Shown here one piece after another: positions 1 through 12,089 of a DNA stretch of 64,000 nucleotides (positions are counted from its first letter, which is position 1; every line of letters begins with the position of its first letter). The translations under genes and the position numbers were made by a program. The notes beneath the pieces were generated by a model. The model was not told the origin of the DNA and searched no databases. It was given only the letters and a program-made list of their open reading frames with translations. This DNA is from Macrostomum lignano (lineage: Eukaryota), in NCBI GenBank assembly GCA_002269645.1, contig NIVC01001053.1:28193-92192 (forward strand), given 5' to 3'.

Positions 1-524
1 ACGGTTACTAATAAAATATAGCATCTAATGAATAGAAAAATATGACTAATGAACTTAAAGAAGTTCTAATATAAATTCAATGTGTATCGCAGTGTGCATA
101 AAGATTGAAGCAAATAACACGTTACAAAGCTGTTATTTAAGACGATTTTAAGTTGAAGTAATAAATGCGAAATAAATTCAAAATAAACAAAAAATCTAAA
201 ACTATAAGTGGGTGCACTGAGACTACTTAGTAAGTAATATGTGCACAAAGTAGCAGCTCTGTGCAAATAAAGCAGTATAAAACCAATACAGAATATCAGT
301 ATGTTAAATAATTTTTCCGGCAGTAATACAATACACACTTAATAATGGCCAGAGAATGTTAAGCAAATCAACAAATTGAAATAATAACCGAGGTCGCGAA
401 TACCGAAAAAAGTGTAATCGAGATACAAAACTTAAATAGTTAACAGGCAAGTATTTTTTCCTCAGGAAAAATTTATAGCTTAATGACTTTTGTTTTTTAA
501 AACAAAAAGCTTAAAGTGTGGGTT

Positions 525-1015
525 TTGTGATGAAGCTTAGATTTTAGGGATGAAGCTAAGGTGTTATGAAGCTTAGGGTTGTGATGAAGCTTAGGTTTGT
601 GATGAAGCTTAGGTTTTGTGATGAAGATTAGGATAGGATATGATGATGATTAGGATTGGTGATGATGATTAGGTTGCTGATGATGATTAGAATTGGTGAT
701 GATGATTAGGATTGGCAATAATGATTAGGATTGGCGATGATGATTAGGATTGGCGATGATGATTAGGATTGGTGATGATTATGATTTGTGATGAAGCTTA
801 GATTTTTGAGATGAAGCTGAGGTGTCATGAAGCTTAGCTTTTATAATGAAGCTCAGGGTTTCGATGAAGCTTATGGTTTGTGGTGAAGCTGAGTGTTTGT
901 GATGAAGCTTAGGGCTTGTGATAAAGCTTATTGTTTGTGATGAAGCTTTGGGTTTGTGATGAAGCTTAGGGTCTGTGATGAAGCTTTGGGTTTGTGATGA
1001 AGCTTAGGGTTTGTG
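525..1015. repeat. Minisatellite of ~19-bp GTGATGAAGCTTAGGGTTT units with an internal ~18-bp GATGATGATTAGGATTGGY block
   Basis: Tandem units are directly visible. The array lies just past the stop of the minus-strand exon at 1028. Confidence 0.9.
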
Positions 1016-1027
1016 AGTGTGATCAAA

Positions 1028-1517
1028 TCACCCATCAGCGAGTGCCCTCAGCTCGCTCAGCTGGCGTTCCAACGATCTGATTCGCCTGTCCCGGTCTGTC
1101 ACCATCTGCCGCAGTCGCCACACCAGCTCCACACTGCCGCTGAATCCGCCGCCGCCGCCCGGCCTCCGCCGCAGGCGTCTCCGACGCAGATGATGATGAT
1201 GGCAGCAGCAGCCGCATTCACCCATCGCCTCGGCCTCGTCGACCGCCGCTGCGGCAGAGTCGCCAGTCTTGACTGTTGCCGCTGCTGCGTTCTCGTCGTC
1301 GCGATCGTCCGACGACGGCGGCGGCGGCGGCTCCGACGAATGTCGCATCAGGCCGAAGCCGCAGTCGACATCCTCGTCTGCTTCATCGCAGTCTTCTTCG
1401 TCCTCTTCGTCATTATCATCGTCGTCGCAGTCGCGGTTGTCCTCGCAGTCGGCGCCGTCTGGATCGGATTGGCTGGGCGGCCGGCGGGGTGGCAGCCTGG
1501 AGGAGCCGTTGCTGCTG
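1028..1517 (-). CDS. Exon of uncharacterised gene: acidic D/E tract, His/Arg tracts, C-terminal coiled-coil-like segment (ELVWRLRQMVTDRDRRIRSLERQLSELR)
   Basis: Acceptor ttcctcattAG at 1519-1518. The frame is open from 1516 to the TGA at 1030-1028. One leftover base (C) completes the phase-2 GT codon of the upstream exon (GTC, Val). No family recognised. Confidence 0.7.
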
Positions 1518-1589
1518 CTAATGAGGAATTTTCAGGTGCGAAACATGAGCTCAGATGCAGCTTCTGGGCACTCGCGTGCACCTGAGTGC

Positions 1590-1935
1590 GCGTGTAAATT
1601 CCCCTGCTAGACTTTTATCGGCTGAGAAATTCCCTGTGAGACTTATTTGATCGAAAAATTCCCCGTGAGACTTATCTGACCGGGAAATTCTCGGCGAGAC
1701 TTTTACCTGGCCGAGAAATTCCCCGTGAGACTTATCTGACCGACAAATTCCATGTGAGACTTATTTTACAGTCGAATTCCCCCGTGAAACTTATCTGACC
1801 GACGAATTCCCTGTGAGACTTATTTTACAGTCGAATTCCCCCGTGAAACTTATCTGACCGAGAAATTCTCCGCGAGACTTTTACCTGGCCAAGAAATTTG
1901 CCGTGAGACTTTCACCTGACTGAGAAATTCCCTTC
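1590..1935. repeat. Intronic ~30-bp minisatellite (GAGAAATTCCCCGTGAGACTTATCTGACC)
   Basis: About 11 degenerate tandem units inside the 1953-1518 intron. Confidence 0.85.
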
Positions 1936-1953
1936 CGAGGCAAATTGACTTAC

Positions 1954-2083
1954 ACGGCAGTGCTCTGCGTCGGCGCCAAAGGTGACGCACAACGCATGGC
2001 TACACGCCTGTTATGATGGTGATGGTGATGATCACCGCGAATTCTGCGCTTGGCTTTTAGATGCAACAACTGTTGCTGCTGCT
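1954..2083 (-). CDS. 3' half of retrotransposon-interrupted exon (QQQQLLHLKAKRRIRGDHHHHHHNRRVAMRCASPLAPTQSTAV)
   Basis: Ends at a GTAAGT donor (1953-1948), phase 2, in phase with exon 1517-1028. It begins with the second TSD copy (2072-2083). Confidence 0.7.
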
Positions 2084-3251
2084 TCTTCTTCTTCTTCGTC
2101 TTCAGCGCTCGCTTTACCGGCGCGGCGGCGCCGAGATTTGCGGGGGCCATCGCCCCATGCTCCGAAGGAGCGAGAGACATTTTCCCGGGTTCCGGAGGAG
2201 CTCCTCGTGATCGTTCCCGACCAGGGCCATCCGTCGAGCGTCTCCCCGGTGGCAGTGAAGTAGCGCATGGGCGCTGTCGTCGAGTTCTCCGCAGTCCGGG
2301 CACTGCGGATTATCGATCATACCGAATCGGTGCTGGGTCTCGGCGCAGAGCATCGTCATGCCTGCGCGAAGCTGGCACACCGCCGTTTGCTCCCGCCGGT
2401 CTCTCGCTTTGAAGTCCGGCCAGGGTTGCGGCAGGGTTTCTTTCTCCAGGGTCCGGCGATCGCGGCGAATGGCTGCTTTTGCGGCGTTGAAGGAGATGGG
2501 CACTTCCTCTTGGGGCAAGCCTCTTGCCATGCCGGCCGCGCGGTCCGCCGCTTCATTAAGGCTGATGCCGCAGTGGGCTGGCACCCAGATTAGTTCTATG
2601 TCGGCCGTTTCGTTGATGTCTAGCATGTGGCGCCAGCAGTCCGTACCGGTCTTAGTCGCCTGGGCTAGTGGTCCGGCCCCTAGTGCTGTCAGTGACGATA
2701 AAGAGTCGCTACATAGGCGAATCTTCTTTTCGCTCGGGCTGCGGTTGTTCTTAATAAAAACCAGTGCTTCGCGGATGGCTATCATTTCTGCGTCAAATGA
2801 GCTACAGATGATTCCGGCCGGGGCCTTGCGCCAAGTTCGTGCAGGTTATAGCGGCGCTGCCGCCGGGTCCGGTGCCGTCCGCCACCGATCCGTCTGTCCA
2901 CACGCTGATGTCAGCCTCAGGCAGTGACTGCAGAAACTCCGTTGCCGCCGCGCTCCGGGACTCCTGGGGGTCCGTGCGGCGGCATCGGGCCGAGATGTCC
3001 AGGCGGATGTTAATGTCCCGTGTGTCGCACTCCCACGGCGGGATGCCGGGGCTTACCGGGTCGCCTCTTTTGTGGGAATCCAATATGGCAACCGACGGCA
3101 GCTCCAGTGCCGCCCTCCTCCAGCAGTTCCGGAAGGGGCGGGTGGCGTCCCGCGGGTCGATGAGGTTCAGCGAGTTCGGCTGTGCTTCGTCGTCGGCGCC
3201 GCCGTCTCCGTGGGTGCGGCCGTGATCGCGTGCCAAAGCTTCGTAGGTACG
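2084..3251 (-). mobile_element. 5'-truncated non-LTR retrotransposon (RNase H-containing, I/Loa-like group) with (GAA)n tail
   Basis: RNase H motifs WTDGS, CSSFDAEMIAIREAL, CSDSLSSL and WVPAHCGISLNEAADRAA, plus C-terminal CPDCGE..H..L.C, across ORFs 2802-3236 and 2114-2785 (one frameshift near 2830-2850). GAA tail at 2084-2097. Flanked by the 12-bp direct repeat GTTGCTGCTGCT (2072-2083 and 3252-3263). Confidence 0.9.
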
Positions 3252-3282
<31 letters not shown>

Positions 3283-3642
3283 ACTGCAGCCGGAGCTGAA
3301 TTTCAGTCTGCGATGCTGTTGTTGCTGCTCCTGCTGCAGCGGCTGGTGCTGAGGCCGGCAAGGCGACGTTGAATGATCCCGACGACGGGTGGCGCCGCCG
3401 AACAGTGGCAGCTGCTGACAGCTGGCGCCGCCAGGAGCCGATGCTCCCAGCAGCAGGTCGGCGCTGGAGTGCCTCTGGTACATGGCTGACACAGCTGCAC
3501 TGCGGAGCCTCACTGAACCAGTTGGCTGGGAACCGCCAGCACAAGCAGCATCAGGCCGATTGGCCACCGTCGGGACAGTCGCCGGAATGTCGCTGCTGTC
3601 CTCCTCGCGGTCAAGACTCTCAGCTGATAGAGAGGAAGAAGC
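3252..3642 (-). CDS. 5' half of retrotransposon-interrupted exon (ASSSLSAESLDREEDSS...polyQ)
   Basis: Acceptor ttttaacttcAG at 3644-3643, phase 0, with the frame open to the polyQ tract. Removing the insertion plus one TSD restores one continuous frame into 2071-1954. Upstream exons were not identified. Confidence 0.7.
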
Positions 3643-3739
3643 CTGAAGTTAAAATTCTCGATAAATTAACAATGGCAAAAGTACTTTATGATTGAAATCT
3701 GTCAAACTGAAGACTAACATTACAATAGATATAGATCCC

Positions 3740-4430
3740 CTGTGGGTCATGCAGTGTGGCAGTCTATATGGGTCATATGCAGTCTGATGACTGCGGGTCA
3801 TGTAGTGTGACAGTCTATTTGAGTCATATGCAATCCGAAGGTCATGCAGTGTGACAGTCTGTTTGGGTCATATGCAGTCTGATGACTGCGGGTCATGTAG
3901 TGTGACAGTCTATTTGGGTCATATGCCATCCGAAGGTCATGCAGTGTGACAGTCTGTTTGGGTCATATGCAATCCGAAGGTCATGCAGTGTGACAGTCTG
4001 TTTGGGTCATATGCAATCCGAAGGTCATGCAGTGTGACAGTCTGTTTGGGTCATATGCCATCCGAAGGTCATGCAGTGTGGCAGTCTATATGGGTCATAT
4101 GCAATCTGATGACTGCGGGTCATGCAGTGTGGCAGTCTATATGGGTCATATGCAGTCTGATGACTGCGGGTCATGCAGTGTGGCAGTGTTTATGGGTCAT
4201 ATGCAGTCTGATGACTGCGGGTCATGCAGTGTGGCAGTGTTTATGGGTCATATGCAGTCTGATGACTGCGGGTCATGCAGTGTGGCAGTGTTTATGGGTC
4301 ATATGCAGTCTGATGACTGCGGGTCATGCAGTGTGGCAGTGTTTATGGGTCATATGCAGTCTGATGACTGCGGGTCATGCAGTGTGGCAGTCTATATGGG
4401 TCATATGCAGTCTGATGACTGCGGGTCAAT
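3740..4430. repeat. Minisatellite with 51-bp and 44-bp unit variants (GGGTCATGCAGTGTGGCAGT...GATGACTGC)
   Basis: Tandem units are visible. The 17-aa periodicity of ORFs 3983 and 4027 equals 51 bp. Confidence 0.9.
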
Positions 4431-4999
4431 TCTAGTCCACTGCAAGGCTAGGTTACATGCACATTCCCGAACTGTGTATGGGTCTTTAAAAATAAGAATC
4501 GAAAGCTTCTGCTGGAAAACAGTAACACAGAATTAGTCTTTATTTGTTCAATTTGGTCAAATACAGGTAAATCAACGGCTTATTGGGCTACTATAAGTAG
4601 TCAATATTTATTGTTTCCATTCACCATGCTTAACAACAAGCAAAAAACGTTCAAATTAGCTATATACATTTGAGAGGAGCATATTGAAATTAAATAAAGC
4701 TCTATGCTGGTGATCGACTGAGTTTAGTTAATTATTCATTTGGCAATAAAGAGTAGCTCAACAGACATTAGCTGACAGAATCCAGTGCACTACAGAATGT
4801 TTAAGCATCCTAAATATTGAATAAATTAATAATAGTCGACAATTTTTAAAATATTAAAGATCAGACTAGAAAAAAGCAAATTATAAGAGAAACATAGCAT
4901 TCCTTTAAGGCAAAAGTGGATAGCATCTGGACTACTAAAATCTATCACATAGCTACATACATACAAACTATTTTTTAGATATGGATATTGGAAGAATAG

Positions 5000-5260
5000 T
5001 GAGGGATCCCTACCCCAGAGTAGTGAGGGATCTCTGCCCCAGAGTAGTGAGGGATCTCTGCCCCAGAGTAGTGAGGGATCTCTGCCCCAGAGTAGTGAGA
5101 ATCTCTGCCCCAGAATAGTGAGGGATCTCTGCCCCAGAGTAGTGAGGGATCTCTGCCCCAGAGTAGTGAGGGATCTCTGCCCCAGAGTAGTGAGGATCTC
5201 TGCCCCAGAGTAGTGAGGGATCTCTGCCCCAGAGTAGTGAGGGATCTCTGCCCCAGAAGA
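5000..5260. repeat. 24-bp minisatellite GGGATCTCTGCCCCAGAGTAGTGA
   Basis: About 11 near-identical units, roughly 55 nt past the RGP1 stop. Confidence 0.92.
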
Positions 5261-5316
5261 GTGAGTCATGCAAGGACACCCGATAAAAAATCTGCAGCCG
5301 TGAGACATGGACAGTT

Positions 5317-5912
5317 TCAAGCCAGCACAATGGAACAGCTGGGGGCGTAGGCAGACACGCTAGACGCAGTGATAGCCTGAGGACTGCAAGCGTACACAGT
5401 GATGGGCAATTCCCATTCAAAGTGCTCGGTGGCCACAGTGGCTGGCGGTTGCCATAGAGTTGCCAACGGCTGCAGCGGGGCCGGCCGATCGTTAATTGGC
5501 TGACGTAGGGTGGCAAATTCGAATGCCAGCTTCCAGGCTAAATCAGCGTGCCTAGTAGCAAAACTGGGGTTAGACTGGGCTTGAGATGCAACAATAACTG
5601 AGCAGCTTGCAGATCCAATGCGGCCAGCTGTTCAACAGCGTGAGTACAGGTATGATAGGCAACCGGTTTGCGTTCTCCGCTGTCCTCCGTCTGGTACACA
5701 GTTTCCACACTCTGTAGCGACACTTTCACGTCCAGGCACTGGGCTGTACAGTCGGCAAAGTCGAATACGCCCAGTACGTTTTCGCCAAGCTTATAAGCGG
5801 TTTTGAATAGGCTAAACCGGGTGACACGGCCGCCCTGCGAGTTGCAAATGTTGTAGCCGCTCAGGCACTTGGAGCCTGTGATGGCCGATATCTGGGCAAG
5901 GATGGTCTCCTC
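5317..5912 (-). CDS. RGP1: RGP1 (RIC1-RGP1 Rab6 GEF subunit) exon 4, with a 1-nt frameshift at ~5567-5570
   Basis: The translation FKTAYKLGENVLGVFDF...VSLQSVETV...LAWKLAFEF...FEWELPITV matches the RGP1 C-terminus (FKSVYRLGEDVVG, VSLQTEE, LKWRLHFEF, FSWDLPIKV). Phase-0 acceptor cgcgcAG at 5914-5913. TGA at 5319-5317. Confidence 0.85.
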
Positions 5913-6024
5913 CTGCGCGATGGGTAGTGCTGGTAGTTAAATTAACTTTATGACTATCTGGACACCATAGTACTAATAAATGCTAAATAACAACTATTAA
6001 AGATCAAGTGACAATTAAACGCAC

Positions 6025-6293
6025 CTGAGATGCTTCATCAGTATTGGCCGGATGCCAATCAACAAACGGATTGGCTTTATTAGCCTGAGACGCGGCGCCT
6101 CCATCATCGCCAGTGCTCAGGGTTTGGTCAATCCGTTTGATTCCGTGCACAGACAGTACACGAAATGGCAACCGAAGCAGCTGGGTTTTGCCTAGCAACG
6201 AGCTCACGCCCAACACCAGCTTGTAGGAGTAGCGAATTCCCGCGCCTCGATGGCTGGGCGGAGCGTCCCAGGGCAGCGACTCCTCGTATTCGT
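6025..6293 (-). CDS. RGP1: RGP1 exon 3
   Basis: YEESLPWDAPPSHRG...YSYKLVLG...LLRLPFRVL...NPF matches RGP1 (LPIEGPPSFRG, YVYKLTIG, LLRVPLRVL). Acceptor ctcgcAG at 6295-6294 and donor GTGCGT at 6024. Phases are consistent. Confidence 0.88.
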
Positions 6294-6464
6294 CTGCGAG
6301 GGGGGGGCGTGAAGAGGTGATCAAGTGAAAAGTGACGCCTCTTCTGCCGGCCCCAGAGCTTCTATGAAACGGTACCTAGCAGCCAAGAAGCGTTCCCAGA
6401 GTCAATTGCGTTGCGTCTTAAGTGTATCCGCGTCCCTTAATGAATTAGAATCGCATTTTGCGTT

Positions 6465-6615
6465 TATAACAACTCTATTTAGTCTACTCGAGTCAGTAGA
6501 AAGTTAAGCGCTAACACAACGACTCATGGACGATTTTTTCGCAACTATTTTACGATTCTACAACTCTGACTCGTGATGCGCGCGTGACTCAACAGTCGTT
6601 TCAGTCGTTAAAAAC
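6465..6615. repeat. Dispersed repeat, inverted copy at 37885-38030
   Basis: The reverse complement of 6465-6585 aligns with GAGTCGTTGTGTTAGCGC..AACTTTCTACT.ACTCGAGTAGA.TAAATAGAGTTGTT at ~37960-38030. Confidence 0.75.
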
Positions 6616-6689
6616 GTTTATACATTAGCGGGAAAGCCAGACACTTTAGCGTCTAATTATAAAGTTTGTGTGTCTGTACTAAATGGGCA

Positions 6690-6970
6690 ACAGATGTACA
6701 ACCAACAGCTCAGCCGCAGCTATTACGCGGCGCATCTGAATTCTGAAGGCTGCCTACGACTATTCAGTCCAAAGAATGGCAGGGGTGTCGCCACACACGC
6801 ACCCTTAATTACCCCAGCTAATGCTTGTACGAAATTTACAGCTGGGTGAACTGAAGCAATACAGAGTTAAGTGTCTTGCCCAAGGGCACAAATTGTTCCG
6901 AGTGAGTCGAGAATCGAACCTCCGACCTTCCAGTCGTGAGTCCGACGCTCTTACCACTAGGCTAAAACCC
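6690..6970 (-). mobile_element. tRNA-derived SINE
   Basis: The minus strand starts TAGCCTAGTGG (A box) ... GGTTCGATTC (B box). It continues with a conserved SINE central-domain-like CCCTTGGGCAAGACACTTAAC...CACCCAGCTGTAAA. A second copy is at 33421. Confidence 0.85.
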
Positions 6971-7145
6971 TGTTAACTCAAACAGAGCTTTTCCAATAAT
7001 TAATCAGATCAATATGATAACTGCTCTAGACTACTAGTTGATTATGTTTGCAAAGCACAAATAACAAGATCAGCATGGCTCTAGCAGCATACAGATAGAT
7101 AATATAAAAGTACCAGTTACCACTGGATTGCACCACAGTACTTAC

Positions 7146-7345
7146 AGAACTTTGACTCGCCGGGAGGCAGCACCAAATTGCAGAACAGTATGCTTGGCTT
7201 AGTTGATATGTAAGTAAAGCCTGTTTCGCCACGATTAGCTATGAATGAGGTCTCGCCATTAACTGCTTGAGATGCTTTTGCAGGCGCTTTAGTTATTGAG
7301 CACATGCAAATAAGCTGTACACTGGCCCATGCCAGCATTGGACTC
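7146..7345 (-). CDS. RGP1: RGP1 exon 2
   Basis: LAWASVQLIC...NRGETG...STKPSILFCNLVLPPGESK matches LAWASAQIHC...HRGERG...STPPKILFCDLRLDPGESK. Acceptor at 7347-7346 and GTAAGT donor at 7145. Confidence 0.9.
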
Positions 7346-7424
7346 CTGTCATTTGTCATTGGATTATCGGGTTAGAGTTCCGCCCACGAGACTCCTGGGG
7401 GATTTGATAACATGGCCAACGGGG

Positions 7425-7765
7425 AACAGGCTCATGGGGAATTTCTGAATTGTCAAGGCTCATGAAGGAATTGCTGAATTGTCAAGGCTCATGGGGGATG
7501 GCTGAATTGTCAAGGCTCATGAAGGAATTGCTGAATTGTCAAGGCTCATGGGGAATTTCTGAATTGTCAAGGCTCATGAAGGAATTGCTGAATTGTCAAG
7601 GCTCATGAAGGAATTGCTGAATTGTCAAGGCTCATGAAGGAATTGCTGAATTGTCAAGGCTCATGGGGAATTTATGAATTGTCAAGGCTCATGAAGGAAT
7701 TGCTGAATTGTCAAGGCTCATGGGGAATGGCTGAATTGTCAAGGCTCATGGGGAACTGCTGAATT
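7425..7765. repeat. Intronic ~29-bp minisatellite GCTGAATTGTCAAGGCTCATGRRGGAATT
   Basis: About 11 tandem units in RGP1 intron 1. Confidence 0.9.
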
Positions 7766-7889
7766 TTTCTCACTCCTAAATAAAGATGCTTCATCCAGGA
7801 GAATTCTATTTTGCATTCTTGCTATCCTAGTCAGTTAAACAAAAGCAGACTTTTGTAAATTTATTATAAGTAATTTACCACAAACTTAC

Positions 7890-7993
7890 TCATAAGTCTG
7901 GTCACAATTTGAAATGCATATCTTGCATACTAATGGCTCTCCAGCTAGAAATATGCTGCCTTGAGTTAGCTCAGCTCTTAGTTCAACAGGCAT
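7890..7993 (-). CDS. RGP1: RGP1 exon 1
   Basis: MPVELRAELTQGSIFLAGEPLVCKICISN matches the RGP1 N-terminus ([28 protein letters not shown]). ATG at 7993-7991. The GTAAGT donor at 7889 is phase 2 and joins exon 2 in frame. Confidence 0.88.
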
Positions 7994-8299
7994 GGTATAG
8001 CTGAAGTAATTGAAAATAATTTAGGATAAATTAATAACTTGTTTTTTTAATATTACTATAAGAATAAAGGAATATTTAGATGATGTATTTATGTATCACT
8101 ATTAGTGCCACTGTGCCTTGCCTAGTCCAATAACTGTCAATAAAGAATAATTGCCAATCAGTGGATAAAAGTCAATTGCTCTGAGGACCAAAGCATTTCC
8201 TATATTAAAAAAACAAAATAACACTTGTACACAAGGGTCAGAGAGCACTGTCTGAGAAATGGTTATTTACAAACACTTGCTAAACTGCAACATGAAACA

Positions 8300-8720
8300 T
8301 GAAAGTGATCAATTCCACCTACCCTAATATTATATTCACTATTGAATGTGGAGATAAGAAAATGCCTTTTTTAGATACGGAAGTTCACTGTTCTAGAAAT
8401 GTCCCATGTTTGTAAGTGTATTGTAAACCTATGATACACTGGTCTGATGCTTAATTTTACTTTGTGGTTCCTTTTTCACCAAAATGTGGTGTCCTTGACT
8501 AAAATTCTTAAGTTGAATGGCTACCCTAGTAACTTGCCTAAGTCAATTATTCCTCTGGCTCTTAAGGCAGGTGTCATCTACTAATTTTGCTGTTGTTGAT
8601 CTGAATGTTTTCTATATTGGAAAGACCGAACAGCATCTACTGTCCAAAACCACCTCTCAAATTGTCAAATGTGCTGTGATACCGAAACAATAGAAAGGTT
8701 TAAAATATTGTAAATGCCTA
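8300..8720 (+). mobile_element. Decayed Penelope-like retroelement fragment (RT thumb plus GIY-YIG remnant)
   Basis: Broken-frame translations INSTYPNIIFTIE, MPFLDTEV, VYCKP..TGLMLNF and GVIY.F.C...FYIGKTEQHL. Confidence 0.7.
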
Positions 8721-11700
8721 TAAAAATGAGTCTAAACTTAAACTGCTTAGTGTTATACATCAAAGTGTTTGAGCCCATGACTAATGTGCAGCTGATGAGC
8801 AGAGGGGGATAGAGCATGAGCTCTGATGGTGTATTTGCCTTCTTTATACTGGCTGGACTGATATGACCTATACTTGGACTATGTACTTTTGCATTAAAAA
8901 CTGTTTACATGTTGTTTTAATTTTTGTTTCACTATTTATCATTAATTATTTGTAATCCACAGTAAACCATTAGCAGTTGCTCTGATGATGTCCACTTAGC
9001 AGAAAATGCATTTGCAAAAAAAGGTTTGCTAATTTTTAAAGGTTACACAAAAATACTGCATGTTCAAACTAACACTTTAGACCCGTTTCGAATTAACACT
9101 ATAGACTTTTGCAAGAAGGAATAAGCCTTGTACATTTAAGCAAAACAACCAACATTAAATAACCAGCTTGTAATAAATGAAGCAAGCATCAACTTAGCAT
9201 ATTTTAATTGGTATTTATCAATAACTAGATAGAAATGAAACTATGGAAAGTGCATTATCCTACCTAATCAATATTGTTGTCAATACTCAATATTTAATTC
9301 AGGTTTTAAACTACCAGTCACTTTTTGATCATTATTATCTTGAGATATTTGCATTCACTTTGTTCAACCATTCAATACTTTAAAAAATGTAAAATTCAAA
9401 TAAATAATATAGATCTTATTTATATTGATCATTTTTTCACTTATTCTTTTTGTTTTTCACTGTTAGATAATATTCTAAATGACACAATCCTCAATTGTAG
9501 GCCAACTTGAAAAATAAAGCAATGCATTATACATAAGTGACAAAGGACAATAAATGTTTTTTTATGATGAAGAATGAAAATGTTACCCAAATAGATTTGA
9601 TCAAGGATGAATATATTTGAATATTACTCATGCTAATTCTAGAAAAAAACACAAATCAAAATATTGCATTCTTTCTTTTGTGCATTTTTAAGTATTATAT
9701 TATAAACTGTGGCATTTATGCCATGGACATTAACAGACATTATAAACTCTTCCTATTTTCTATATGCACCCTTCCCTCTTTATCTAAATCACTATGCATC
9801 TGTTTGGTTCCTCATTGCTTTCTGTCTGTCTGTCTGCCTATATGTGACTCACACCATTGTCCGTGTCTCTCTACTGTCTATGTGCATTCCACTGCCTTCC
9901 CTCTATGAAGCTTGGGGTGTACCTACCCCAAAATATACTGCCATAAATGTGCCTCCCACTCTGCTTGGGAAGGGCACTTCTATTCCAGTATCTGTCTGCA
10001 ATCCTCAGTTCAACATAGCAAACTATTTTGCGCTACAAGCCAGCCTTTGCCTTTCAAAGTTATTAAATAAACAAGTTCATTTGTTTTTATTACTAACAAG
10101 AACAGTGGCAGAGATGATAACAATAATTATGATATAGAAAAGGCTGAAAGTGGCACGTATTATATAGGGAAATATCTACCAAATAGAATTATTGAATAGG
10201 CCTTACAACATAAAAGACATTGTGATAATAGCTTTAAAAGCTAGTAAGAAAATTGAAAGGCACTATTCAATTCTTTTTATAAGCTGCAATAATGCTATGG
10301 TTTATATAAATTATGCTAAGCAGCTAAAAGCTTCTATTGCTAGCAGAATTTTAACATCACTAATGTAGGTGAAATAGGCCTAGCTAATCAACATTAACAT
10401 TAGCTTTTCATTCAGTTGGGGAGTTAAATGCAATGTTTTCATTAGTATTTATTTAAATATCCTAAATTTCCAAATATGGCTATCAATTAAATTCTAAATT
10501 TAATTTGTGGGATATACCTGTAAAGATTTTAAACCAATAATTGCAATTCCAAAGTATTTTAGTACTCTTTTCTATACCTTTAAAAAATAAATGATTGGCT
10601 TAAATAGAATAATATTAGTCTTAGTTGCTTAATAAGTTCTTTGCCAATTCAAGGTCACAACTCTAAACAAGTAGAATATTTATTGTTTTTACTAACTAGC
10701 TTGTTTATATAAAATTGAAGTCTCTCTTCTTTTGAAGATGTTATCTATATCATAGAAGAATATATGTTTTAAATTGATCTTCATTTAAGCATTGCAAAAA
10801 TAGTTTTAATTCTAGTTTATGGCAGTTGTAAGAAACTTTTTTATTGTCCTGTATTACTGTTACAATTAAGGAGATTATTATTATAGTTTAATTTGCAAAT
10901 GCATTTCTATGTCAAAGACAATGATTATACCTTTAAGTCCTTTGACCAATGGTTATACCTGGATTATTAAAGAAAACATATAAGCCAAAGGCAACTTCTA
11001 TCTATCTTATGCTAATAAATGAATCAATTTAGCAATAGTCAATAATGCTTTACTTTTTCAATTTGCAAGGCTCTTTAGCTGCACAAGATTCAAATATAAA
11101 GTCTTAAGCAAATGAATTGCTTAAAGATAGCAACTAGTTAACTATGATTAAGGAGTATACAACAGTATACATAGAAATTTATTTAGTTTTTTATTTGTCT
11201 TTATTTGTCCATTATAAATATTCAATTATGACAATAGTCAATGATTAATATTACTATCTACAAGGTACTATCTATAACTATATACTTTTCTATAGGTTAA
11301 TAATACCAGTTTCTAAATTCATTCTTTTGAGCATATTGTTGATAATATTTTATGATCTAGCAATGTATATACTCAATTAACTTATTTCAAAGGCATCTGA
11401 TTAAGGGTGAAAATGTATATTTATAGATTTATATATTACAAAAATGTCTGTTTTAGTTTTATCAGACACTATACTACATTATATTTTGCTTATCTTATCC
11501 ATTTTTAAGAAGAATAAAAGAAAAAAACTTAAAATCATATATGGCTTATTTTCTTTATAATACTATTTGCAAAGTTAGGATTAGAACAGGAATTTGCTCC
11601 TGTTTGTTTGTTTGTTAATGTTGATGTGGCTATGGGACATCCTGCTAAGCTTGCAAATAGCCATTGTGACAATTGGAATGCTAGCAGTTAAGTTTATGCT

Positions 11701-12089
11701 TTGACATTAACTTTTGATATGTAATGTTTTGACATTTTGGCTACTTTGTAGATCTTGCCAACATTGTTGTATTTGTTCATTAATAATTATGATACTTTTT
11801 ACTTCATAAAAATATTAAATTTGACTTTGAGCCTATGGCCTTATGAATATTGTTTGAGTTATGAGATAAAGTAACATTTTGGACAACCCTTTGAAATATA
11901 GTAATTAGAGTAGAAAAAACAATATGCTATTCCAGATTGGCTATATTTAATACTTTGAGTAGAGCAAAATTATTGTCTTTTAAGCTATAACTCTGCTAAA
12001 AATAGCTATTATTTCATAATTTTTCACTTAAATAAAAATGGCCATAAACAAAACAGCTGCTAAAAATTGGCTTGCTACAAGAAAAACTC

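Noticed and set aside
1013-3695. Plus-strand ORFs over the GC-rich exons and the LINE
   Set aside because: Antisense shadows. Splice signals and protein motifs support the minus strand.
3983-5516. Repetitive Cys/His ORFs at 3983-4536 and 4826-5516
   Set aside because: Translations of 51-bp and 24-bp minisatellites. ORF 5010-5516 is an off-frame of the RGP1 3' end.
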